Shown here piece by piece: positions 40,396-49,818 of a stretch of 64,000 nucleotides of DNA (position 1 is the stretch's first letter; each line of letters opens with the position of its first letter). Under the pieces are notes generated by a model that saw only the letters and a program-made list of their open reading frames with translations, did no database searches and had not been told where the DNA came from. The position numbers and the translations under genes were made by a program. The DNA lies in contig OY970296.1 in the NCBI GenBank assembly GCA_963716175.1, positions 1,568,001 through 1,632,000 on the forward strand, given 5' to 3'. This DNA is from an uncultured Armatimonadetes bacterium (GTDB lineage Bacteria; Armatimonadota; Hebobacteria; Hebobacterales; Hebobacteraceae).

Positions 40396-40512
40396 GGTCT
40401 CCTCTCACGGTAAGAGCTGAGCGACAGGTCAGAGTATATCACGAACGGAAGGGGCTTCGCCCATCACGCGGGTTGTCCCTCGCTGCGCTCGCGACAAACC
40501 CGCGCCACCAGA

Positions 40513-40610
40513 GAGCTTCGTCGGATGAAGTAACACGGTGAAGCTCAGGAAGCGGCCCAGACAGGCACAGGGCGATGTTCGCACATCACCTCATTGTGCG
40601 AACATCATCA
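40513..40610 (-). repeat. Family A element copy 4 (begins at LysM gene stop codon)
   Basis: Reverse complement is 89/98 identical to 5982-6079. Confidence 0.9.
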
Positions 40611-40919
40611 GGGGGCGTGAGACGGATCTTCTGGCCGCCGCGGCAGGCACTCGGCGGGGATAAGGAGGGTGGCGCCGGGTTGGAGCTGGGCCGGGGTGAC
40701 GGAGTTGGCGCTCATGATGGCCGCGACGATCTCGCGCACATCCCGGTCAGGGTCGCCATAGGTCCGGGCGAGCGTCCAGAGGCTGTCGCCGTATCGCACC
40801 TTGAGGGTGAGGGGAGCTGCATTCAACGCCGCGTCGGGGCGAGCGGCCACGGGCACTGCCGCCAGGGCGGCGGCGAGGCCGCCCAGCAGGGCCCATCTTG
40901 ACCAGCGGGGTCGTCTCAT
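40608..40919 (-). CDS. Small TM/signal + LysM protein, YneA/ChiZ-like SOS cell-division inhibitor candidate
   Basis: N-terminal hydrophobic helix, KVRYGDSLWTLA...LQPGATLLIP; divergent from lexA. Confidence 0.8.
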   Translation of the reverse strand: MRRPRWSRWALLGGLAAALAAVPVAARPDAALNAAPLTLKVRYGDSLWTLARTYGDPDRDVREIVAAIMSANSVTPAQLQPGATLLIPAECLPRRPEDPSHAP

Positions 40920-40939
40920 CGTGTTACCCTCTCTTGGCT

Positions 40940-41049
40940 CAAACGTAGGTTTGCTACCACGGCAAGATACCACACATAAGTTTGCTAGCAAGACGTCCGC
41001 GGAGAATTTCAAACGGCTGTTTGCGAAGAAGGCGAAAACGTGGTATTAT
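40940..41049. promoter_or_regulatory. Divergent lexA/yneA promoters with three putative LexA operators
   Basis: CAAACgtagGTTTG 40940-40953, CACACataaGTTTG 40971-40984, CAAACggctGTTTG 41010-41023; lexA promoter TTGCGA-17-TATTAT (41021-41049). Confidence 0.75.
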
Positions 41050-41083
41050 CCCCGCGCACCCATGTTGGCAGGAGGAGGAGAGC

Positions 41084-41698
41084 ATGCAGAAGATCACAGA
41101 CCGGCAGAGGAAAGTCCTGGAGGGCGTCTACCGAATTGCGCAGGAGAAGGGGTATCCGCCCACGGTGCGCGAGATCGGAGAGAAGCTGGGCCTGCGCTCG
41201 AGCTGCACTGTGCAGCGACACCTGGAGGCGCTGGAGCGCAAGGGTTACATCAGGCGCAGCCCCACCAAGGCGCGCTCGATCGAGATCGTGCAGGCGGAGG
41301 ACCCGACCATGGTGCCGGTGCCGATGGTGCCGGTGCCGGTGGTAGGCGCGGTGGCGGCAGGTCAGCCCATTCTGGCGGCCGAGAATATCGAGGAGGTCTT
41401 CCCCCTGCCGCGGGACATCGTGAAGGATGACCAGTGCTTCATGCTGCAGGTGAAGGGCGACTCGATGATCCAGGCGGGCATCTTCGACCGCGATTATGTG
41501 GTGGTGCGGCAGCAGCCGTATGCCGAGGACGGGGATATCGTGGTGGCACTGCTGGGGGAGGAGGCGACGGTCAAGTACTTCCGACGTCGGCGCAACCGCA
41601 TTTATCTGGATCCTGCCAACCCTTCCATGCAGCCGATCATCGCCACCGATGTCAAGATCATCGGCAAGGTGGTGATGAGCATACGGAGGTATGCTTGA
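41084..41698 (+). CDS. lexA: SOS repressor LexA
   Basis: GYPPTVREIG wHTH, VAAGQP cleavage site, GDSM (Ser), ATVK (Lys). Confidence 0.97.
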   Translation: MQKITDRQRKVLEGVYRIAQEKGYPPTVREIGEKLGLRSSCTVQRHLEALERKGYIRRSPTKARSIEIVQAEDPTMVPVPMVPVPVVGAVAAGQPILAAENIEEVFPLPRDIVKDDQCFMLQVKGDSMIQAGIFDRDYVVVRQQPYAEDGDIVVALLGEEATVKYFRRRRNRIYLDPANPSMQPIIATDVKIIGKVVMSIRRYA

Positions 41699-41723
41699 CG
41701 GGGGTGCGGGTGGTTGGTATGGT
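41695..41723 (+). promoter_or_regulatory. Putative tRNA promoter overlapping the lexA stop codon
   Basis: TTGACG-17 nt-TATGGT with TGn. Confidence 0.55.
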
Positions 41724-41761
41724 CAGGGGCAGGTCGCGGAGCCGGCGTACCGCGCAGGCGC

Positions 41762-41849
41762 GGAGGGGTGTCCGAGCGGTTGATGGAGACGGTCTTGAAA
41801 ACCGTTGGGGCGAAAGCCCTCGTGGGTTCGAATCCCACCCCCTCCGCCA
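41762..41849 (+). tRNA. tRNA-Ser (anticodon TGA)
   Basis: GGAGGGG/CCCCTCC acceptor stem, ACGGT-CTTGAAA-ACCGT anticodon arm, long variable arm, GGTTCGAATCC, 3' GCCA. Confidence 0.97.
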
Positions 41850-41899
41850 GATGGGTGAGATCATCGTGGACCCGTCTAAGATGCGCCTAGAGGCCTCTG

Positions 41900-41921
41900 G
41901 TGGGTTCGAACCCCACTCCCC
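41900..41921 (+). repeat. Degenerate copy of tRNA-Ser T-arm (att-like scar)
   Basis: GTGGGTTCGAACCCCACTCCCC vs tRNA GTGGGTTCGAATCCCACCCCCT (19/22). Confidence 0.6.
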
Positions 41922-42092
41922 CGGTCGAAAGTGACAGAGACGACAAACCCTCCGGCGTGGCCAAGCAGTGGCTATGTGCGTGCTCGTCCGTAGATAGGCT
42001 GATCCGCCCGGACGAGGGCCTCGAGGAACCCTGGGGAGGCCCTCGGGTGGCTCGCCACCAACACGCTGGCGAGCCCTTCGCCGCGCTGTGTA

Positions 42093-42210
42093 GCCGACGG
42101 CCCCGGCCACCTCCCGACTCCGGCTGCCCCCTCGGCTGGAGTCACTGTCCGGGGTTCGGCCGCGCGCCGGGACAGCAGCCGCGCCACGGGGCGATCACGG
42201 CCAGCCCCGT
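42093..42210 (+). repeat. Island repeat family D copy 1
   Basis: CCCGACTCCGGCT...CGGCTGGAGTCACTGTCCGGGG core; downstream CAGCCGCGCCA shared with copy 3. Confidence 0.85.
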
Positions 42211-42384
42211 CCATCCTCGGTGCCTCTCAGCGCAGGGGTATGCACGAGGGGAGAGAATACCATGAGAGGGGATCTAGGAGCATTCTGGCAGCCAGGTGAT
42301 CACCTGGAGAGCACGGGCCCAGAACAGGCAGGACTGCCTATCCTACGCGGCGCCCCTCGGTCGCCGCCTCAAGGAGGACGACCG

Positions 42385-44754
42385 GTGCGACTGGCGATCA
42401 TGTCCCTTCTCCTGCTGACCGCGGCGATCGCGCCTTCGGTGGCTCACTGGACCGTCGATGCCTCCGTGCCTGACTGGTGCTGGCGCGGCGACCTGCACTG
42501 GGCCGTCCACTACGGGACCGTCACGCGGTCCGATGTCGACCTGATGCTAAAGGCCCGGCAGAACCTGGACCACGGTGCGAGCTACGACTCCGATGCCACG
42601 ACCGCCTATGCCGCCCAGAGCGGCCTGCACGACCTCATCTACATCTGTTCCCGCACCTTCGTGGTCGACGACTACCAGAAGCACCCTGAGCTAAAGCAGG
42701 GGGTAGTGCGGGCCTTCGATGGCAGCGAGGTCCTGGCCTACGGTAACCCCGTCCGGCGTTTCGGGTGTGTGAACTCCCCCGAGTGGAAGGCGTTTGTGCT
42801 CGGTCAGGTCGATGAGGTGCAGGCGCGGCGCCATCCGGCCGGCATCTTCTTCGACAACGAAGCCTGGTTCGTGCAGTGCCACTGTCCCGTGTGCCGCGCG
42901 AAGTTCCGCGAGTACTCGCGCCAGCACTACGGGGTCGAGATGGAACTGCCGGAGCGAGTTGAGGTGTCCACCCAGGTGGGGCGCGCAGCGCAAATGTTCT
43001 TACTCGATTCGCAGACGGCGTTCCACCAGGCGCTGCTCGGCTATTGCCATCGACAGAGGCCGCGCCTGCTGTGTGTGCCCAACACCTGCGGGCTGGACGC
43101 CTGGCCGATGCACGGGATCGAGGAGGGCGTCACCGATCTGCCTTTCTACGAGTCCTCCAGCCATCCCCCCTTCGAGGACAGCCTCTATGCCTACAAGCTC
43201 GCCCTAGCCGCCGGGCACGGCCGGAACGTAGGACGGTTGATGTACCTGCCCTCTACGGTGGCGGGTGAGCGGGGCAAGCGCGTCTGGGTCGAGACCTGGC
43301 ACGCATTCGAGAACCCGTCGTCACCACTGGCGAAGGAGTTCGCGCTGGGGATCGCGGAGAGCGCGGCGTGCGACGCCACCTATGTCGCGAACTACGACCT
43401 CAGCCCATCGACGCCGATCACCGACACGAAGGACCCGTTCAACGTCAATATCTACCAGACCATGAACCGCTACTACGGGTTCCTGGTGCGGAACCGCGAG
43501 CTCTACCTCAATGCTGATCAGGGAGCGCTGCTGGCGATCCTGCACTCGGTGCCAACGGACCTCTGGACGCACTCGTCCGACCGTTGGGCGAAGCTGGCGC
43601 AGAGTCTGAACCGCGCCGGGGTGCCCTACGAGGTGATCGTGGAACAGGACCTGAAGGCCAACCTGCTGGCGCGCTACCGGGCCGTCATCATCTCCGGCGT
43701 CCGCGCCATCTCGGAAGAGGGGGCGGCACAACTGGCCGCCTACGTCAGGGCTGGCGGGCGAGTGCTCTTCGGCGGGGAGTGCGGCCTGACCGACGAACGG
43801 GGAGAGGCGCATCCGAGCCGGGCGATCGAGGAGCTGCGCCGCAGTGGGGGCCGGGTAATCAACGTGGCCGAGGACCTCTCTGAGCTCGATGGCAGCCGGC
43901 TGCGGGAGCTGGTGACGCGCCTGATGGGGGAGCCGGAGATCAACGTTCGCAACCCGAGCGGGAAACTCTCGATCAACGTGCTCTCCGAACCCGGGCAAGG
44001 GCTGCGAACGGTACATCTGCTCAACTACGATTTCACCTACGACCGGCCGGCGTGGGTGATCTCCGATGACGACCAGTTCTCGGAGGCCCGCAGCTACCTG
44101 TCGGATAGGGCCTGGCGCATCCGCAAGGTGCTGGTGGTCCCGGACCCGGCAGCGCTGGAGCATCCGACGCTGGAGATCATCGGGTCAGCGGCTACGGAGA
44201 AGGCGCTGTTCCGGCTGGTAGTGACCCTGAACGCCACCGATGTCGCCTCCTTCTCGGGGGACGAAGTGCGCACGAACCTCTCCGTGCCCCTGACGGCCGA
44301 CCGCCTCGTCAAGGGCGAGAACGAGGTGGTCCTGCGGGTGGAGGGCCAGCCCAACGTGATGAGCGAGTGGTATCAGGTGATGATCGACAAGGACGCGAAG
44401 ACGGGGCGCTCGTACTTCAGCACGGATGCTGGGAAGACGTGGGCCCAAGACGATCTCTCGCGGGACCCCCAACCGCAGCAGGGCGAGTTCATGATCCGTC
44501 TGGTAGACCCGGACAAGCGACCGTCGCAGCTCGAGTGGGAGAACATGTGCCACGTGCACCCGGCACGGGGCGTCCAAGTGTTCGTGGCCGGCGCTCGGGT
44601 GCCGTGGGCGCTGGCTCTGTCACCCACGGCGGACCCCAGGCGGATCTCCGGTTCGCGGGTGTCGGGCGGGGCCGAGTTCATCGTGGACGTGGAGACATAC
44701 ACCGTGCTGGCACTGGCGGACGATCCGAAGGCGCTGCAGGTGTACGGGTACTAG
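42385..44754 (+). CDS. Secreted glycoside-hydrolase-like protein (TIM barrel + beta-galactosidase trimerisation-like domain)
   Basis: Signal peptide; GIFFDNE...CHCPVCRAKF; GVPYEVI...YRAVII...YVRAGG; SD AAGGAGG before GTG. Confidence 0.7.
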   Translation: MRLAIMSLLLLTAAIAPSVAHWTVDASVPDWCWRGDLHWAVHYGTVTRSDVDLMLKARQNLDHGASYDSDATTAYAAQSGLHDLIYICSRTFVVDDYQKHPELKQGVVRAFDGSEVLAYGNPVRRFGCVNSPEWKAFVLGQVDEVQARRHPAGIFFDNEAWFVQCHCPVCRAKFREYSRQHYGVEMELPERVEVSTQVGRAAQMFLLDSQTAFHQALLGYCHRQRPRLLCVPNTCGLDAWPMHGIEEGVTDLPFYESSSHPPFEDSLYAYKLALAAGHGRNVGRLMYLPSTVAGERGKRVWVETWHAFENPSSPLAKEFALGIAESAACDATYVANYDLSPSTPITDTKDPFNVNIYQTMNRYYGFLVRNRELYLNADQGALLAILHSVPTDLWTHSSDRWAKLAQSLNRAGVPYEVIVEQDLKANLLARYRAVIISGVRAISEEGAAQLAAYVRAGGRVLFGGECGLTDERGEAHPSRAIEELRRSGGRVINVAEDLSELDGSRLRELVTRLMGEPEINVRNPSGKLSINVLSEPGQGLRTVHLLNYDFTYDRPAWVISDDDQFSEARSYLSDRAWRIRKVLVVPDPAALEHPTLEIIGSAATEKALFRLVVTLNATDVASFSGDEVRTNLSVPLTADRLVKGENEVVLRVEGQPNVMSEWYQVMIDKDAKTGRSYFSTDAGKTWAQDDLSRDPQPQQGEFMIRLVDPDKRPSQLEWENMCHVHPARGVQVFVAGARVPWALALSPTADPRRISGSRVSGGAEFIVDVETYTVLALADDPKALQVYGY

Positions 44755-45006
44755 GCCCGGTCAGCAAGCCCCGGTTGCTGCGAAAGGGTCGGTCTGCCTG
44801 TGCTTCCGACTCTGGCGCAGGTCGCGTTGCTCCCGCCCGCCATGTGTTGACAACATAGCTTACCGACGCTGCATCACCCGCGGAAGAGCGGGGAACCTTC
44901 GGCGCGGCCCGACTCGCGCTACGGGCAGCGGTCAGTGCTTGAGCGAAGCGTGCTGCTCTGACGACGCGCCCAGATACGCGACCAACCGCCCCGGAGGTGA
45001 GGGCAG

Positions 45007-45036
45007 TTGGTCGCAGGCTTCACCCTGATCGAGCTG
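45007..45036 (+). pseudogene. Truncated prepilin-type N-terminus
   Basis: SD GGAGGTG then TTG-GTC-GCA-GFTLIEL; the hydrophobic helix that should follow is absent. Confidence 0.5.
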
Positions 45037-45130
45037 AGACGATGCTGTCCCCGCAGCACTCGTATCTTCTCACGACATGATGTGGGCGACGTGAAAGCCA
45101 CTGGAAACTTCCGTGTAGGGACCGCTCCAG
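45037..45130 (-). mobile_element. Possible IS5-family transposase C-terminal remnant
   Basis: Minus-strand SFQWLSRRPHHVVRRYE resembles the ERSFAWL.R.RRL..RYE motif; abuts the prepilin truncation. Confidence 0.35.
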
Positions 45131-45463
45131 TGGAGAAACCGCTGTGAGGCACGGCATGCCCAGCCAAGTCCCGCAGGGGGTCTGTCCGCGTCCGCGCCGG
45201 ATGAACATCCTGTGTCAGCAGAGACACGTCCTGCTGTGCCGCCCAAGAGAAGAGCCGGGGAGAGCCCACGTCCGCGGGCCCCGCCCTGGCTCCATGCGTA
45301 GGGGCCAACCCACACTGAAACCGCCCTGAGCCGTTCCGTTGGGAGCAGCTAGCGCTGGGGTGATGTGGCCTCTTGCCGGCATGAGACCGCGATCCGGGCG
45401 GTTCGCCGGCGGAATGGTCTCATAGGGCGTGCGCGTGCAGTGCGTTGCCGGGCGCGAGGAAGA

Positions 45464-45510
45464 GCCCCAGGCACCCCCGACTCCGGCTACCCGCTCGGCG
45501 CGGAGTCACG
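45464..45510 (+). repeat. Island repeat family D copy 2 (3'-truncated)
   Basis: GCACCCCCGACTCCGGCTACCCGCTCGGCGCGGAGTCA. Confidence 0.8.
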
Positions 45511-45791
45511 ATCTTCTCAGGGCGAAGCGGCCGCTTCAGCCGGTCTCAGGGTCGCCCGACATGCGCAGGTGGTCCACGTGTACCGTTCACTGACAGGCGT
45601 ACCCAACAATGTGCTGGAACCGGCCCCCGGCTGTCGTCCTGGGCACATGAGAACCTGAGATGCGTCTCTGTGCCCCCTGGACCGCCTTACCGTCTCGCAC
45701 CTGGAGCCGGAGGCTGGCGGAGGTATGCATAGGCGAGCAGGCGAATTCCCTATCTTCCGCGATGCGCGTGCTGATCACCAGGAGCTACGCG

Positions 45792-46904
45792 ATGAGTGTG
45801 TTGGCGCCGATCCTAATCGCTTGTGTTTTCGGGATGGTGCTGCATTCCGCCGCCCAGGCCGACGACGAGCTGACATGGCATGACGCGACCAGCCTGCGAA
45901 TCGAAGGGAAGGCATGGCAGGACACTGAGAGCTTCTTCGACCGGCTCCCCGCACGTGCGCTGAGCCACGTGAACGGCGATCTCAAGGGACTGGCCAGACT
46001 CAGCGCTGGCATGGCAATCCGCTTCACCACTGACTCCGACACGCTCCGGGTGCGCTGGAGCCTGGGAGATCCAGTCTACGTCATGACCCATATGGCAGCT
46101 ACGGGCACCAGCGGCCTCGACCTGTACGTGAAGGGGGCCGACGGCCACTGGGCCTACGCCGGGACGGGGCGCCCGGAGGACAAGCGAGACAACGAGGCGA
46201 CGTTCTTCTCGAACCGGCCGAAGGCCGAGCGGACGTACCTGCTCTACCTGCCTCTCTTCAACAAACTGACTTCTCTCAGCATCGGAGTGACCGCCGGCTC
46301 CTCCTTGGAGACGGTTGGGAACGGCGCCGGCAAGCGCGTCGTGTTCTATGGCACGAGTATTGTCCACGGCGGTTGTGCCTCCCGGCCGGGGATGGCCTAT
46401 CCCGCAATCATCGGGCGTGCCCTCGACTGCGAGACTGTCAACCTCGGCTTCTCGGGCAGCGCCAGAATGGAGCCTGTGGTCTGCGATCTGCTGGCTGAGC
46501 TCAACCCGGATGTCTTCGTCATCGACGCGCTCCCCAACATGCACGAGGAGCCGATCACCGAGAGGACGCTGAACCTGGTCCGGACCATCCGCAAGAGCTG
46601 TCCGACCACGCCCATCGTGCTCGTCGGGAACATCACCTATCAGACCACCCGCGCCTTTGGGGGTGACGGCGGCGAGGTCCGCGAGATCAACGCGCGATTC
46701 CGAAAGGCCTACGACCAGCTCCTCGCCGAAGGCTGCGCCGGGCTCCTGTATGTTCCCGGGCGCAACCTGCTCGGGGCTGACGGTGAGGGGACGGTTGACG
46801 GCACTCACCCCACAGACTTGGGCTTCAGCAGGATGGCCGAGGTGATCGGTGCGGCAGTGGCAGACGCGCTCGCCCAGGCTGCCTCAGCCGAGGAGAAGCC
46901 ATGA
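45792..46904 (+). CDS. Secreted SGNH/GDSL hydrolase with GxDLY N-terminal domain
   Basis: SGLDLY, FYGTSI.HG, NLGFSG, DGTHPTDLG. Confidence 0.9.
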   Translation: MSVLAPILIACVFGMVLHSAAQADDELTWHDATSLRIEGKAWQDTESFFDRLPARALSHVNGDLKGLARLSAGMAIRFTTDSDTLRVRWSLGDPVYVMTHMAATGTSGLDLYVKGADGHWAYAGTGRPEDKRDNEATFFSNRPKAERTYLLYLPLFNKLTSLSIGVTAGSSLETVGNGAGKRVVFYGTSIVHGGCASRPGMAYPAIIGRALDCETVNLGFSGSARMEPVVCDLLAELNPDVFVIDALPNMHEEPITERTLNLVRTIRKSCPTTPIVLVGNITYQTTRAFGGDGGEVREINARFRKAYDQLLAEGCAGLLYVPGRNLLGADGEGTVDGTHPTDLGFSRMAEVIGAAVADALAQAASAEEKP

Positions 46905-47116
46905 ACAAGGTGTCGGTTACGCTGGAAGAGGATGCCCTGCTAGAGCTCCACGCCGTGCTTCTGGACGATGACCCGGTCGCGGCGCTGGAGTTCCTGAAGA
47001 GGCACATCGCCCCCAAGATCCCGCGCAAGGGAAGCGCGGCCTGTGATTCCACTCGGCTCAATCCGTTCATTCTGCGCGCGAGGCCTGGGCAACGCGGCGG
47101 CGTAGAGCCCGGATGA
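46901..47116 (+). CDS. Hypothetical protein (71 aa)
   Basis: ATGA overlap with upstream gene, GAGGAG SD, natural codon usage. Confidence 0.6.
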   Translation: MNKVSVTLEEDALLELHAVLLDDDPVAALEFLKRHIAPKIPRKGSAACDSTRLNPFILRARPGQRGGVEPG

Positions 47117-47325
47117 TGTCCTGCGCGCCCCGGCCGCAGCAAGAGGATCGCAGACAGATCCCGGCGCTGGCATCGCCAGGGGCCCCGATTGTCCAGTGTG
47201 TGGGTGTCAAGTTAGCATGAAAGCATGATGCACCCCGGCGGTGCCGCTGATAGGATCAGCGATCAGGCACCTCGTCCCGGCTGCGAGACTCAGCTCGAGC
47301 GGGAGCACCGGGTGACTGGCGCAAC

Positions 47326-47464
47326 TTGTCGGTGTCAACCGCCCGTGAAGCCGACCCCGTGCACCTCCGACTCCGGCTAGCCCCTCAACTCGGGGTCATC
47401 AATCGGAGTTCTGTCGCGTGTGGGCACATCAGCCGCGCCATGGGAGCGATTGCGGGCAGGCCCG
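47326..47464 (+). repeat. Island repeat family D copy 3 (longest)
   Basis: TTGTCGGTGTCAACCG.CCGTGAAGCCG shared with copy 5, then core, then 3' extension shared with copy 1. Confidence 0.85.
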
Positions 47465-47606
47465 CTCAGTCGAATCCCCCCTGGGCAGCCCTCCAGTCCC
47501 GGCAGCCCGCTAGGATAGGGCTATCAGCGAGTGCGGGGAACACAGCGAGAGAGCTTCCGGGAACCCCCTCGAAGCCAGATGGGGTGGTCGACAGGACTCC
47601 TGGGTC

Positions 47607-47658
47607 TTGACAGTCGGCCGGTTCCTGCGTATGCTACTCTCGCCCAAACATATGTTTG
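47607..47658 (+). promoter_or_regulatory. sigma70 promoter with LexA-type operator just downstream of -10
   Basis: TTGACA-17-TATGCT (47607-47635); CAAACatatGTTTG (47645-47658) immediately before AGGAGG. Confidence 0.7.
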
Positions 47659-47672
47659 CCAGGAGGGGAACC

Positions 47673-49793
47673 ATGGCTTCTGTATGTCAGGTGGCCGTGG
47701 GGGCGGTGCTGGGGGTGGGCCTGCTGGCGCTGTCGGCGCCGATAGGTGCCGAAGGAAGCGGAGGGGCATCTGGGGCGCGGCCTGATTACGGCAAGCTCGT
47801 ACTGCGCGGCAAGGGCATGGCCCAGGACTCGTTCTCGCTCGCCCTTCAGGCGGCCGCCCGCCTCCTGGGACGAGACGCTGACTACGAGACCATCGCAGCT
47901 ATGACCACCAGCGTCTTCTCGCCCGCCATCACCCCGGGTGAGGACTGCACGTCCTGGTGGCACGTGGACGCGCGTTACCTCGCTACGGCCGCGGACCTCC
48001 AGCCGGTCTCCGAGCTGATCGGGGTGCGCCTGAGGCGCCTCGATGTCCCTGTGTTCAAGGGCGATGGGAAGGACGAGGAGGAGGCGCGCCGCCACCGTCG
48101 CGACGTGGCGAAGCTCCTCGCCCAGACCATGGATGCCGGTGCCGTCATCGTTGTCAGTGGCAGATGGGAACCGACAGGAGGGCCGCATGGCTTCGTGCCC
48201 TGGGGATGGGCCGGCATCGTCACAGAGGCGAGGCCCGACGGCACGATTCTCGGCGCCTGCCTGAACGGTGAGAAGGACAACCCGCTGCGCTGGTTTGCCC
48301 CGATGTGGGCGGTCTCGGCCGGTGAGGTGACGGCCACGCCTGCCCAAGCCAGCCGGGCGACGCTGCGTCAGGCCGTCTCGCGGATCCGCGGCACAGGCCG
48401 CTTCCAGCGCGGCGAGTCCAGCGTCTACGGCCTTGATGCGATGGATCTGTGGATCAAACAGATGGAGCAGGTGCCAGGGTTCTGTGCCCAGTGCCAGGAG
48501 AGGGGCGGGCGCGGTTGGACTGACGCCGTCGACAATGCCGTGGCGATGCGCGAGCGCGCGGCGGCCGCTGCCTCCTACCTGCGCCGCGTTGGGTCCACCT
48601 TCTCGCCCGCTGGGCGCCCCTACCTGGAGTCCGCCGCGCAGCACTACGATCGCATCCGGCAGTTGCTCAACCCGGCGCTAACCGGCGAGGGTGGCGAGAA
48701 GTTCGAGCAGTTCGTCGGGGATCTTGCCAAGCAGAAGGCGCACGCCCAGACCGTGCTGCGGCCGGCGCGCTCCGAGCTGTCCGCGGCCGCCGACGACATG
48801 GACAAGGCGCTCGCCGTTCCGCTTCCGGAGGCGCGACTCCTCCGTGATGTGCCGGCCGGCAAGGGCGATGGCAACGAATTCGTCCGCGGCCTGGAGGTCA
48901 TCCTGGATCACGCGGGCACGCCCGTGGACTACGACACGCTGATGGGCGATCTGGGACTTGCCTTCATCCTGCAGGCCAGCGATCAGGTCCCAAGGTACAA
49001 CGGCGCGCTGGACGTCGGCTGGTGGCCTCTCGACCCGGCCTGCATACCTAGCTATCTCGACTTCGTGAGCCGCACTGCTGGGCGCTGCATCGACTTCCTC
49101 CACCTCGAGACCGTCTCCGAAGCAGAGCTACCACAGGCCTTCCGAGAGAGAGCGCTGCCGCGTGCGGAAGCCACCCTCAACAACGGCTCCCCCTTCCTGG
49201 CGATAGACTGCTGCTGGAAGGTCGTCACCGGCTGCGACGGAGGCGAGCCCCCGCTGCTGGGGTTCCTGGCCAGCGCGGGGAGCGCAGAACCGGCCCGCTT
49301 CCCGTCGTACCCATGGGCCTTCGCCTTCCTCGATGACACTGTGCCGAAGGTGGACCGCCGCACCGCGGATCGAGAGGCGCTGCGGCACGCGGTCGCACTC
49401 AGCCGCGACGAGGTCGCGATGCCGTGGGGATTCGTCACCGGGCAGAAGGCCTACGCACTGTGGGCGCAGACCCTGCGGGACACTGAGCACCTGGGTGAGG
49501 CGCGCTGGCACTGTAACATGGTGAGGCATCTCACCCTCAACCGCACCAGCGCCACCGCCTACCTCCGCGGCATGGTGGAGCGACAACCAGCCGCGGCCCC
49601 TCGTCTGTTGGCCGCCGCCGCGTGCTACGAGTGTACTCTAGCACGGCTCAAGGAGGCCGACCTCAGTGAAGCCGCTCTCATGTCCAGCGACGGACGCAAG
49701 AAGCTGGCCGCGCTGGTGGAAGGGATCGCCCGGATCGAGGCGGATGCCGTCGGTGAGCTGGAGGCGGCGGTCGCCGCGATGCCGGCCCGCTGA
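47673..49793 (+). CDS. Exported hypothetical protein with two tandem homologous domains
   Basis: Signal-like N-terminus; paired motifs ADYETI/VDYDTL, SWW/GWW, YGLDAMDLW/TGQKAYALW, ASYLRR/TAYLRG. Confidence 0.75.
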   Translation: MASVCQVAVGAVLGVGLLALSAPIGAEGSGGASGARPDYGKLVLRGKGMAQDSFSLALQAAARLLGRDADYETIAAMTTSVFSPAITPGEDCTSWWHVDARYLATAADLQPVSELIGVRLRRLDVPVFKGDGKDEEEARRHRRDVAKLLAQTMDAGAVIVVSGRWEPTGGPHGFVPWGWAGIVTEARPDGTILGACLNGEKDNPLRWFAPMWAVSAGEVTATPAQASRATLRQAVSRIRGTGRFQRGESSVYGLDAMDLWIKQMEQVPGFCAQCQERGGRGWTDAVDNAVAMRERAAAAASYLRRVGSTFSPAGRPYLESAAQHYDRIRQLLNPALTGEGGEKFEQFVGDLAKQKAHAQTVLRPARSELSAAADDMDKALAVPLPEARLLRDVPAGKGDGNEFVRGLEVILDHAGTPVDYDTLMGDLGLAFILQASDQVPRYNGALDVGWWPLDPACIPSYLDFVSRTAGRCIDFLHLETVSEAELPQAFRERALPRAEATLNNGSPFLAIDCCWKVVTGCDGGEPPLLGFLASAGSAEPARFPSYPWAFAFLDDTVPKVDRRTADREALRHAVALSRDEVAMPWGFVTGQKAYALWAQTLRDTEHLGEARWHCNMVRHLTLNRTSATAYLRGMVERQPAAAPRLLAAAACYECTLARLKEADLSEAALMSSDGRKKLAALVEGIARIEADAVGELEAAVAAMPAR

Positions 49794-49818
49794 TCATTCC
49801 TCGGAGAGGGAGGGAAAC

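Noticed and set aside
41852-41925. Second tRNA gene after tRNA-Ser
   Set aside because: Only the T-arm is recognisable; no acceptor, D or anticodon arms and no CCA.
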